DNA from: a virus
DNA length: 64,000 nt
Direction: 5' to 3' (one strand)
Virus record (IMG/VR): IMGVR_UViG_3300011013_000001
Span: 1-64,000 of that record
The translations under genes and the position numbers were made by a program. The stretch's first letter is position 1, and each line of letters begins with the position of its first letter. The notes below the pieces were generated by a model, which saw only the letters and a list, made by a program, of their open reading frames with translations, searched no databases and was not told where the DNA came from. Below, piece after piece: positions 56,136 through 63,817 of this stretch.

Positions 56136-56557
56136 TCGTCATCACCTTCCACGATTCGCTCGTACGTCCCGACAAGCCGACGATGGAGATTCATATAGAA
56201 CTCACGGACGTAGTGAGGAGAACTAAACGGCATAGCAAGTTCGTCGCACAATGTTTTGAACTGACTGAGAGACTGTCTTAATTCACGCCTGTACCTGAAC
56301 GCCTCTTGCGGCTCATCAACTGTTTGGATTCTATCAAATAGTTCTATAATACCGTCTAATAGCAATCGGTGTTCATGATACCGAGCGTATACAGGTGGCC
56401 CATACTCCCCAATCGCCTCGTACCATCGGTCTATCACATCTCGTATCAGACCAAGAAATAACCCAAGTTCCACATCGTTCATAGCCCCACGGTCACGCAG
56501 AATGCCGCTATGTCCAATATCATCACAGGTGAGCGTGGAGATACTGATTGCTTTCAA
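56126..56557 (-). CDS. hypothetical helical protein
   Basis: 143-aa ORF with coupled overlaps. Confidence 0.6.
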   Translation of the reverse strand: MKAISISTLTCDDIGHSGILRDRGAMNDVELGLFLGLIRDVIDRWYEAIGEYGPPVYARYHEHRLLLDGIIELFDRIQTVDEPQEAFRYRRELRQSLSQFKTLCDELAMPFSSPHYVREFYMNLHRRLVGTYERIVEGDDECQ

Positions 56558-57246
56558 ACTTCGTCACCTTCCACTAATTTTGAACGAATCTTACGCCAAA
56601 CATCAGGCGATTCCTTAGACAGTTCAACTTTAATGAGGTTCACAGTCTGTGCGTTAATGCCAGCCTCCGCAGCCTGTCCTCCCATAGCACGCTCTTGGAT
56701 TTTGAGAATATCCTTGACGGTCTCTCGTACTTCTTTGTGCATCCGTTGAAGATTACCGTAAAACTGAGGGTCGTTCCTATCAGGGTTCTCAAACAGGTAA
56801 CCAAGTTCGCCGTTCAATTTCTCAACGTTTTCACGTAGCGCTTCCATCTCACTCCCCGCTTTTAGAGCGATAACCGGAGCGGCAGACGCTTGAACTAACG
56901 GTTTCAGATGATGCTTCAAATGGTTGTACACGGTAGTTTCAGAACAACCACACATTTCTGCAATTTCAGCAGAAGACACATCACCGTTGTAATAATCCTC
57001 TTCAACTTGGTAACGATTGAAATAGGTACAGACTATACATTCTGAATTGGATGCAAGATGATATTCCCCCATATGGTTACGAAAATGCCGGTCAGACGTG
57101 TTTTCACGCCATTCCATCCTCTTGTCTAATTCCTTGGGAGTCACGATTCCGTTCCTTAATTCCTCTTCCAAATCGTCACGCGTTTCGCACTGACACAACT
57201 TGCATGAGGCTCGCGTAATCCGCTCCGCCATGTATAGCGGACACAC
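56554..57246 (-). CDS. DNA-binding protein with duplicated CxxC + helix-turn-helix modules (regulator or small-terminase-like)
   Basis: 230-aa ORF. The two modules are CKLCQ..DLEEELRNG..TPKELDKRM....RHFRNH and CIVCT....EEDYYNGDVSSAEIAEMCGCSETTVYNHLKHH. The start could be the GTG at 57246 or the ATG at 57231. Confidence 0.6.
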   Translation of the reverse strand: MCPLYMAERITRASCKLCQCETRDDLEEELRNGIVTPKELDKRMEWRENTSDRHFRNHMGEYHLASNSECIVCTYFNRYQVEEDYYNGDVSSAEIAEMCGCSETTVYNHLKHHLKPLVQASAAPVIALKAGSEMEALRENVEKLNGELGYLFENPDRNDPQFYGNLQRMHKEVRETVKDILKIQERAMGGQAAEAGINAQTVNLIKVELSKESPDVWRKIRSKLVEGDEV

Positions 57247-57269
57247 CGCTAAATCAAAGAGGTTGCGCC

Positions 57270-57689
57270 TTGTCCGGTCTCATAATGCGGAGATTGGGGC
57301 GCGCCCCGCAAGTTGCGGGAATACCAGTAAATCGCGATACGGCTGAGAGTTTGATGAAAGCCGCTCGTGATTTGGTACTAAACAATAGAGTTGATACTGA
57401 AACGTCGAAAAAGAGGTTACAGGAGTGTATGTCCTGCGAACATTTTAACGGAAGCAGGTGCTCGCAATGCGGTTGTTTCATGAAAACAAAAGTTACACTT
57501 CGGTCGGCAGACTGCCCGTTAAACCGGTGGTCAAGTGCTGAGTCTGCGATAAACCACACCGGTCAGACTGAAAGCAGTAAACAACCCGCCCATCGTCCAC
57601 GCAAGTTGGCTAGAAGTCATATTGTAACCCTCAAAGACGATAAGCAAAAACGCCCCAAGAGCCATAGCGATAACCTGAACCATGATTAG
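57270..57689 (+). CDS. plus-strand Cys-rich small protein (CxxC-x9-CxxCGC-x15-CP..RW)
   Basis: TTG start 7 nt after AAAGAGG. The pattern CMSCEHFNGSRCSQCGCFMKTKVTLRSADCPLNRW resembles a recurrent small phage Zn-protein, as far as I recall. The opposite-strand ORF 57254-57559 looks non-coding. Confidence 0.5.
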   Translation: MSGLIMRRLGRAPQVAGIPVNRDTAESLMKAARDLVLNNRVDTETSKKRLQECMSCEHFNGSRCSQCGCFMKTKVTLRSADCPLNRWSSAESAINHTGQTESSKQPAHRPRKLARSHIVTLKDDKQKRPKSHSDNLNHD

Positions 57690-57788
57690 GTCTATCACGA
57701 CCCTGCTACCAAGATTCGTCATATCGCTCATGGCTATACTCATATTACTGATACTCATTGGGTTCATTCCGTTAGGTTTTACGTCCAT
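57531..57788 (-). CDS. small membrane protein (2 predicted TM helices)
   Basis: 85-aa ORF. GAGGTGAaatt precedes the ATG. Confidence 0.6.
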   Translation of the reverse strand: MDVKPNGMNPMSISNMSIAMSDMTNLGSRVVIDLIMVQVIAMALGAFLLIVFEGYNMTSSQLAWTMGGLFTAFSLTGVVYRRLST

Positions 57789-57792
57789 AATT

Positions 57793-58416
57793 TCACCTCA
57801 TTCCTGTAGCCGCGCCGAACATTCCACGAGCGAGTCCGCCAACAGCACCACCCGCTTGTTCCATGAATCCGTCATTCTGCATAGCAGCAGTCAATGCTCC
57901 ACCCATCATAGACTGTTGCGTCATCTGAAGTATTTGCTGTTGCTGCATCCCACTGTTCTGTACAGCCATGTTAGCGGCTTGCTGTAGTGTCACAAGTTCA
58001 CTCGTTACATTTTCGGAACTCATAGTTTGGAACTGAGCGGGGAGAGAAGTAATATCAATCTTAAGCCCCTTATCCCCATCATCCACAAACTTAGCGTTTC
58101 TGAAAAACTCTACAAGGTTGAGCGCTACAACACTACTGACTACACCTACAACTTGCTTGAACCCGTCAGTCATTAACCACGCGTCAATCGGAGTACTCGT
58201 CTGTTGAAGCATAGCAAAAATCTCTAATTCAGAAGGCGGAGCGACCGGCTGTTGCGGTACGCCTAAACCCGCCATAAACGGATTCTGTTGTTGGGGAGGC
58301 ATACCCCAAGCGGGGGTAGCGCCCATAGACTGTGCTCCGTTAGCGAGTCCAAGATTAAGAGTGCCTGTTGGTTGAGGAGCAGATTGAGTATTATTGTTAC
58401 TAAACGGCCAAACCAT
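57793..58416 (-). CDS. Gln/Met/Gly/Ala-rich low-complexity protein
   Basis: 207-aa ORF. Confidence 0.65.
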   Translation of the reverse strand: MVWPFSNNNTQSAPQPTGTLNLGLANGAQSMGATPAWGMPPQQQNPFMAGLGVPQQPVAPPSELEIFAMLQQTSTPIDAWLMTDGFKQVVGVVSSVVALNLVEFFRNAKFVDDGDKGLKIDITSLPAQFQTMSSENVTSELVTLQQAANMAVQNSGMQQQQILQMTQQSMMGGALTAAMQNDGFMEQAGGAVGGLARGMFGAATGMR

Positions 58417-59361
58417 CTATTCCACCTCGGGCAGATTCGCTTGTTTTTCTGCTAACAATTGCTGCAACCCCGCTCCTACGGGAGCGACCTCTCCTCCTTG
58501 AACCTGTTGCTGTAAGACAGGGAGACCGCTCTTACCTTCAGCGAACTGCCGCATATCAAACACGACCATAGTGACATCGTTGACCCCTGTTTCGCTATTC
58601 TGCATATGAATGATAGGGATTTTATCAGCCTTTATCATTTTGAAGAACGGTTCGTATTTCTGAAGAGTGGTGGGAGTATTATCTTTGGGTTTTACCGCTG
58701 TCATCGGTACGGCTACCATACTAACCCCCTTCTTCACTTTAGCCTTGAGAGTGCCACTATTCGCCTCAATTTCGTTCTCTTCTTCTCTTTCCCATTTAGT
58801 CAGAAGATGATAGAGATGTAGATGTTCAGGACAATAAGTAGCGCGCATCGTACGACCACCGGTCACTTTTTCACGAGCGAGGAATGCCTGATTCTCGCCC
58901 GACACGGGGTCAATGAAATACATATCCCAAAGAGTCCGGCCGGTATCCTCATCGCGAATCTCACTGAACACATTACCCATGGCCTTGAGCAGATAGTCAA
59001 CATCACAACCGTCAACGCAACATTGTGACGTGTTTTTGTTGTACCTGTATTTACCACCAATCAAACGGCGTGGCGAAAAAGCACTACGCTTTGTAGGAGT
59101 TAAGAGGCGATACGCCTGTTTAATGTCCTGACGACGCGCCTTGCGTGGGTTAGCGTGCCTTGAAGGATAGAAGTTAACGCGTGGGATTTCAATATGCGGT
59201 TGATTGTCTGCCGCCGCTTGCATCACCCCTTGGGCCTGCGCTAACCCTTGAAGTTCCGCGAGCGACACGTTCGGAGTGTTCGCCGCAAGCCTCACTAATT
59301 CAGTCTGTGTGTTCATCGCCAAAGGGGTCTGCTGCGCTCCCCACGCTAAAGGATTCATCAT
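58417..59361 (-). CDS. hypothetical protein
   Basis: 314-aa ORF. The N-terminus MMNPLAWG weakly resembles the tag. Confidence 0.7.
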   Translation of the reverse strand: MMNPLAWGAQQTPLAMNTQTELVRLAANTPNVSLAELQGLAQAQGVMQAAADNQPHIEIPRVNFYPSRHANPRKARRQDIKQAYRLLTPTKRSAFSPRRLIGGKYRYNKNTSQCCVDGCDVDYLLKAMGNVFSEIRDEDTGRTLWDMYFIDPVSGENQAFLAREKVTGGRTMRATYCPEHLHLYHLLTKWEREEENEIEANSGTLKAKVKKGVSMVAVPMTAVKPKDNTPTTLQKYEPFFKMIKADKIPIIHMQNSETGVNDVTMVVFDMRQFAEGKSGLPVLQQQVQGGEVAPVGAGLQQLLAEKQANLPEVE

Positions 59362-59381
59362 TTCTCGCTCGCCTCTCTATT

Positions 59382-60107
59382 TTACCACGTTAGCATCTCA
59401 ATTAAAGTGCTTTCCACGTTCCACCCGATGCGGGTAGCCATCATTGAGACTCTACAAGGTACACCCGCTTTCTGCAATTCTACCATACCGGGTCTCAATG
59501 AATCAAAGATTCTGTGTTCGCGCAATCGCTGCTGCTTCCAAAGTATGTTCGCCTGTTCGTCCCACCATTTGTCAGCCTTGTTAGCGACTACTACCACTAA
59601 GGTAGGCTTGTATCGTTTCCCTTTAATCCGAGTCGCTATCCGGCGGTAGTTCCACCGCTGATTGATGATAGCGTCAACAAGGAACTTAAACCCACCAATA
59701 CAGTCTACAGCCCCGCCGCCACCGTTCAGTGCTCGCTCATCAAGCATGAATACTACGATTTCGCATTGTCTGTCCACCATATCCTCAATCCAAAGGTTCC
59801 AAAACCGTTGCTGTCCACCAATATCGGCGCTATGAATGACACGCCTCTCCCCCTTCCACCGGATTCGTTTCCGGGTCGGGCGAGGGAGAGTATACCCTCC
59901 TTTCAATAACCGCTTCGGATGAGCGGTACGCATCTTCTCGGGTATCTCTTCCATTTCACCCGGTGTAGTCATGTAGCGGTCAAAAGTGGTTTTACCCACC
60001 AACGTAGGTCCATAAATGCCGATTCTGCGTGGTTTCCAATAATTCCATAACTGCTGACCCCAAACCGCCGCACCAATTAGCGCAGACCCACCTAGACTCA
60101 TCGTCAA
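59382..60107 (-). CDS. small GTPase, Arf/G-alpha-like (P-loop GPTLVGKTT, DIGGQ, NKAD)
   Basis: 241 aa. G1 is GPTLVGKTT (aa 33-41). G3/switch II is ADIGGQQRFWNLW. G4 is VVANKAD. The G5-like motif is SMMATRIGWNV. The N-terminus is hydrophobic/amphipathic (LIGAAVWGQQLWNYW). Confidence 0.8.
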   Translation of the reverse strand: MTMSLGGSALIGAAVWGQQLWNYWKPRRIGIYGPTLVGKTTFDRYMTTPGEMEEIPEKMRTAHPKRLLKGGYTLPRPTRKRIRWKGERRVIHSADIGGQQRFWNLWIEDMVDRQCEIVVFMLDERALNGGGGAVDCIGGFKFLVDAIINQRWNYRRIATRIKGKRYKPTLVVVVANKADKWWDEQANILWKQQRLREHRIFDSLRPGMVELQKAGVPCRVSMMATRIGWNVESTLIEMLTW

Positions 60108-60113
60108 CGGGCA

Positions 60114-60356
60114 TCACAACCGCGAAAGTTGTTCGCCAGCCCAATCCCCAATACGGGTAACTGATGCTTCCCAAATGCTTGAACCGTAATAAAACTCAAA
60201 CGCTGAAATAACAAACGTAGTGATGAAAACCGCGATTAAGACCTTTAACCAACCGAAAAACCGTTGATATTCACGGTCTACAAGGTTTTGAGTATGCCAA
60301 GCCCTCATCGTCTTCTCAACGGCGTCGTCGCTCGGGGTCTTGAACAGCCAACCCAT
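60114..60356 (-). CDS. small single-pass membrane protein
   Basis: 80-aa ORF with the hydrophobic helix WLKVLIAVFITTFVISAFEFYY. Confidence 0.6.
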   Translation of the reverse strand: MGWLFKTPSDDAVEKTMRAWHTQNLVDREYQRFFGWLKVLIAVFITTFVISAFEFYYGSSIWEASVTRIGDWAGEQLSRL

Positions 60357-60362
60357 TCTCCA

Positions 60363-60929
60363 TCACTTCTTACCTTTCGTTTTAGATTCTGCTACCTTAC
60401 CCGCACCGAGGTCTAACGGTTGGTCGGACTTGGCTTCGTGAGCCGGAGCGGACGGTGCGAAATCCTCGCGCGGCGGTTCAGCCACTTTAGCCATCACCGC
60501 TTCAGGATTATGCTCAAGCATCTTCAGTTGAGCCTCAAGTTGTAATTCCTGTAACCGTAATTCTTGTTCCAATTGCCTACCGGAGAACATTTGCTGCATC
60601 TGCATAACTCGCCTATCCCTCTCCTTCTGTTGCCGAGCAAACGTAGCCCTGCTGTCCATGGAATCCTGCATTAACATTTTGTAAATGAAATAAGAGATAC
60701 CCTGTAAAGTGAACGCTCCCATTGTATAAGTCAGTGCGTTAGTGTACACAGAATCTTCCATTCGGAGCCATAATCGCGCATCAAACACGGCTATCGCCGC
60801 TCCTACCAACATACTCACAAAGGCAATTAAACCCATTACCTTCAATTCGTCTTCATTACCTCTATTCGGCCCTGCGCCCAGCGTCTGCATCATCTCGCCT
60901 CTCAAATAGCGACTACCGCTTTGGTTCAT
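60363..60929 (-). CDS. membrane protein (2 TM) with Gln/Glu-rich coiled-coil tail
   Basis: 188-aa ORF with no SD. An A/T box, TAATGATATT, lies at 60953-60962, about -33 to -24 from the ATG. Confidence 0.65.
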   Translation of the reverse strand: MNQSGSRYLRGEMMQTLGAGPNRGNEDELKVMGLIAFVSMLVGAAIAVFDARLWLRMEDSVYTNALTYTMGAFTLQGISYFIYKMLMQDSMDSRATFARQQKERDRRVMQMQQMFSGRQLEQELRLQELQLEAQLKMLEHNPEAVMAKVAEPPREDFAPSAPAHEAKSDQPLDLGAGKVAESKTKGKK

Positions 60930-60970
60930 AAGAGCGTCGTTCCGATTAACCCAATATCATTAGAACTCTT

Positions 60971-60986
60971 ATCCCCTTTAGGGGAT
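60971..60986 (-). terminator. perfect hairpin ATCCCC-TAAA-GGGGAT, 5 nt after the stop of the 941-aa gene
   Basis: Read directly. No U-tract follows. Together with the A/T box it may mark a transcription-unit boundary. Confidence 0.3.
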
Positions 60987-60991
60987 ACCGC

Positions 60992-63817
60992 TCAAAGGTG
61001 GACCGAGGGCGGGTAGTTGAGAGACGACAAGGACGCAATTTGTCGTACGCCCCCGGCCCGTCTACCCCTATGCCTGTCTGTCGCATAAGATTTCAGTATA
61101 GACCATGCTACATCTATCGGTTCCCCTTTACCGACTAACTCTTCGCGAGGCGTAAGAGTTTCAACGTCTTCGCTCGGTTCCCAATCAGGATGAATGCTCT
61201 TGATTGTACGATATAGAGCGCGTTCGGCTATCGGGGAAGTTAGTATGTCTTCACTTCCACTTTTCTCATACAGTTCGGCCAAATCTTGATGACCTTTCAA
61301 AGCAGCATCCATAAATCTCTCACCGGGGTCAGACCAAACATCGTTCGGGCGTCTGTAAATCTGCGAACGGACAAACTTCTGTTCAGCGCGCTCTGCCGAC
61401 CTATAATGGCTCATCATTTCCTGCCAAATCTTAGTCTTCTCTTCGTTGACTTGGTCTTTGTCCATCCCAAGATATTCAGCGCCCCTATCAAGCCTGCCCA
61501 AAGACTCTTCCCAGCCCGCATGCACCTGCTCAGGGTCCAACCCGGTAGCAGAATCCCAACCGATTAAATCCTTCTTCGGGTACTGATAATGAGTTGGTAT
61601 ATCGGTACCTTCCCACTTAGAAGCATGCATATCACTTTGCTCAAAAGGAGTCTTGAAGTTCTCATCAAGGGTGAACCCTCGCTTGTCATTAGACTCGTAT
61701 TGGTGGTAGTAATCAATCTCGGGTTCTTGTTCAACAGGTTGAGGGGGCGGAATCTGACTAGGCACGGGTACCTCGGACTGAACAGGTAGAGGGATTGGAG
61801 TTTGAGCGCTCGGAACACCATGAGTAGCCGCGGTATCAAACGTAGGAGCGCCGCGGCCTGCCCAATGTTCTAACCCACCGGGTAAGTTCAACACACCACC
61901 GCTCGTCTCCAACCGAGAAGTCTCTTCACCTGTCTCCGGGTCAACAACCTTTACCCAATTCATAGTACCGAGCGGGTCGGTAGGATGGGTAACATCTTCA
62001 TTACCGACACCGGTCGCTCCTTCAGGATATAGACCGCTCCCTATAAGTTGAGCGAACGACATTTTGTCAGCAGGACCGTACGGAGTTTCGGGTTTTAGTG
62101 GCAACGAAGCAGCCATCGTACCCGGATGAGTAGCCGGAGCGAATCCTGTACCGGAGCCTAATTCGGGTTTATACTGCTTCGGGTGGCCGTGACGGACACC
62201 CACTGTCTGTCGTTGAGGCTGCGGTGGTTTTACGAATTGCTCGCGCAGGCCAAACTGCCCTTCACCGGGTTCGGTTTGAAGGAACGACGGAGTGTCTTGC
62301 ATCGCCCCACCACCACCGATTACCGGTACCTTGCCGGGTCGCAACCACGGCTGACCGCTGACCGCTCCGAACGGCTGACCGTGTCGCGCTAGAGAATGAG
62401 CGTGCTTATACTTGGAAGCCTGACGCTGAGTCTGAGCGTATTCTTCGGCGTCTTGGTTAGGTTTGATAGTATCAATAGTCTTGTCGCCACCACAGGTAGA
62501 ACACACGCCTGTACCTGCACACCGCAAACATAGATATTCAGCATGAGGGTTATCCATAAGGTCGCTCAGCGGGTCTTCAGGTGTAGACCAACCCGCTTGA
62601 CCGAACGGACCGGAATGTTCCATCAATTCGTGGTTGATTGTAGAGCGCTCCCCTTCGTGGTTCTCATGAGCCTCGTCCACGCTACCGGTAGCACCTAGCA
62701 TTTGACCATCAGCGATGTCAGCATGAGAATTAACCGAACCATAACGCTGCATTTTAGCATCACCACCAAGATACGACAACAAATTATTACCCGTGGTTGT
62801 ACCATGACCGAGACACAATGTGCAAGGTGTTTGACCTACACGCAACCCGTTAGAGAGCGCTGTATGTAATTCAGGGTGATATAGAGCGTAGTCCTGCTCG
62901 CGTTGCACCGCGTCCTGCTTATGATTAAGAACGTGATTCTTATAGAACCGAAGAGCGCGACCTAAATCGGGGAACGTTTCAGTACCAAGTCCGCCTTTTC
63001 GTGCACCTTTGCCCACTTTTTGCCGCTCGGCCCTACCCTTCCCCATCATAGGTTTGCCCGTCTCAGGGTCAATAATCTGATTACCTTCAGGGTCAAGCAG
63101 AGGAACAACCCCCACGCGTTTTGTCTTACCTTTAACGTCTTTAACAGTCTTCGTCACGTTCTGATGTTGCGGACTCCACTTAGCGCCCCAAGAACTGTCC
63201 TCTCTCGGATGAAACCAAGTCAGCGGAGGGTGAGACCCGTCATGGGCCATAAGTCCGGTGCTCGGGTGACCGATACCCAACTCTTTGTTCAAATCAGTAT
63301 CGTAGAATGCCCCTTTACCGGGAGCGTCCTCAAACAAATACTCAAGATAACGCCTCACCTGTGCTTCTGTCATGCCCGGAGCGCTATGCGTAGTTTTACC
63401 GTCATCACCCCAAGTATTACCGAATGAGCCTACATGGAACCACCCACCTTCAGAATTGTGCTCCTCATCGTCAGGGTGCGGGACGTCAACACCAAACAAG
63501 TCGTCTTTGGTCATCCTGCCGTCCGGTAGTCGCCTGTGTTGAGGATTAGACTCTTTGCTAGGATTGTGGTTCACGTGAACACGCGACCGAGTAAAATGCG
63601 GCGGGTGTTTGACATAATCACGAACCCGAGCGTTTTGGCACTCCGGGCAACCCTTGGTCCCCTCCGGCATCAAAGGCATGCTACCGCGCTGAGCAATCTC
63701 GTGAGCCTCAAGCGGGTCAGTTATCATCGGGACGTCCTTTACGCCTACCAAATCGTTTAGGGACTCTAATTTCTGTTCGTCCAAACTCTCCTCCTCGTTT
63801 TTCACAATCACGTACAT
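60992..63817 (-). CDS. 941-aa protein with DnaJ-type CxxCxGxG fingers and near-C-terminal GEPIDVAWSILK tag
   Basis: Uninterrupted ORF containing CPEC, CTLCLGHGTT and CLRCAGTGVCSTCGGDKT. Tag at 61091-61126. Confidence 0.8.
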   Translation of the reverse strand: MYVIVKNEEESLDEQKLESLNDLVGVKDVPMITDPLEAHEIAQRGSMPLMPEGTKGCPECQNARVRDYVKHPPHFTRSRVHVNHNPSKESNPQHRRLPDGRMTKDDLFGVDVPHPDDEEHNSEGGWFHVGSFGNTWGDDGKTTHSAPGMTEAQVRRYLEYLFEDAPGKGAFYDTDLNKELGIGHPSTGLMAHDGSHPPLTWFHPREDSSWGAKWSPQHQNVTKTVKDVKGKTKRVGVVPLLDPEGNQIIDPETGKPMMGKGRAERQKVGKGARKGGLGTETFPDLGRALRFYKNHVLNHKQDAVQREQDYALYHPELHTALSNGLRVGQTPCTLCLGHGTTTGNNLLSYLGGDAKMQRYGSVNSHADIADGQMLGATGSVDEAHENHEGERSTINHELMEHSGPFGQAGWSTPEDPLSDLMDNPHAEYLCLRCAGTGVCSTCGGDKTIDTIKPNQDAEEYAQTQRQASKYKHAHSLARHGQPFGAVSGQPWLRPGKVPVIGGGGAMQDTPSFLQTEPGEGQFGLREQFVKPPQPQRQTVGVRHGHPKQYKPELGSGTGFAPATHPGTMAASLPLKPETPYGPADKMSFAQLIGSGLYPEGATGVGNEDVTHPTDPLGTMNWVKVVDPETGEETSRLETSGGVLNLPGGLEHWAGRGAPTFDTAATHGVPSAQTPIPLPVQSEVPVPSQIPPPQPVEQEPEIDYYHQYESNDKRGFTLDENFKTPFEQSDMHASKWEGTDIPTHYQYPKKDLIGWDSATGLDPEQVHAGWEESLGRLDRGAEYLGMDKDQVNEEKTKIWQEMMSHYRSAERAEQKFVRSQIYRRPNDVWSDPGERFMDAALKGHQDLAELYEKSGSEDILTSPIAERALYRTIKSIHPDWEPSEDVETLTPREELVGKGEPIDVAWSILKSYATDRHRGRRAGGVRQIASLSSLNYPPSVHL

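Noticed and set aside
57254-57559. 101-aa minus-strand ORF filling the gap between 57531-57788 and 56554-57246
   Set aside because: It has no SD and unconvincing composition. The opposite strand encodes a protein with a clear Cys-motif pattern and a good SD.
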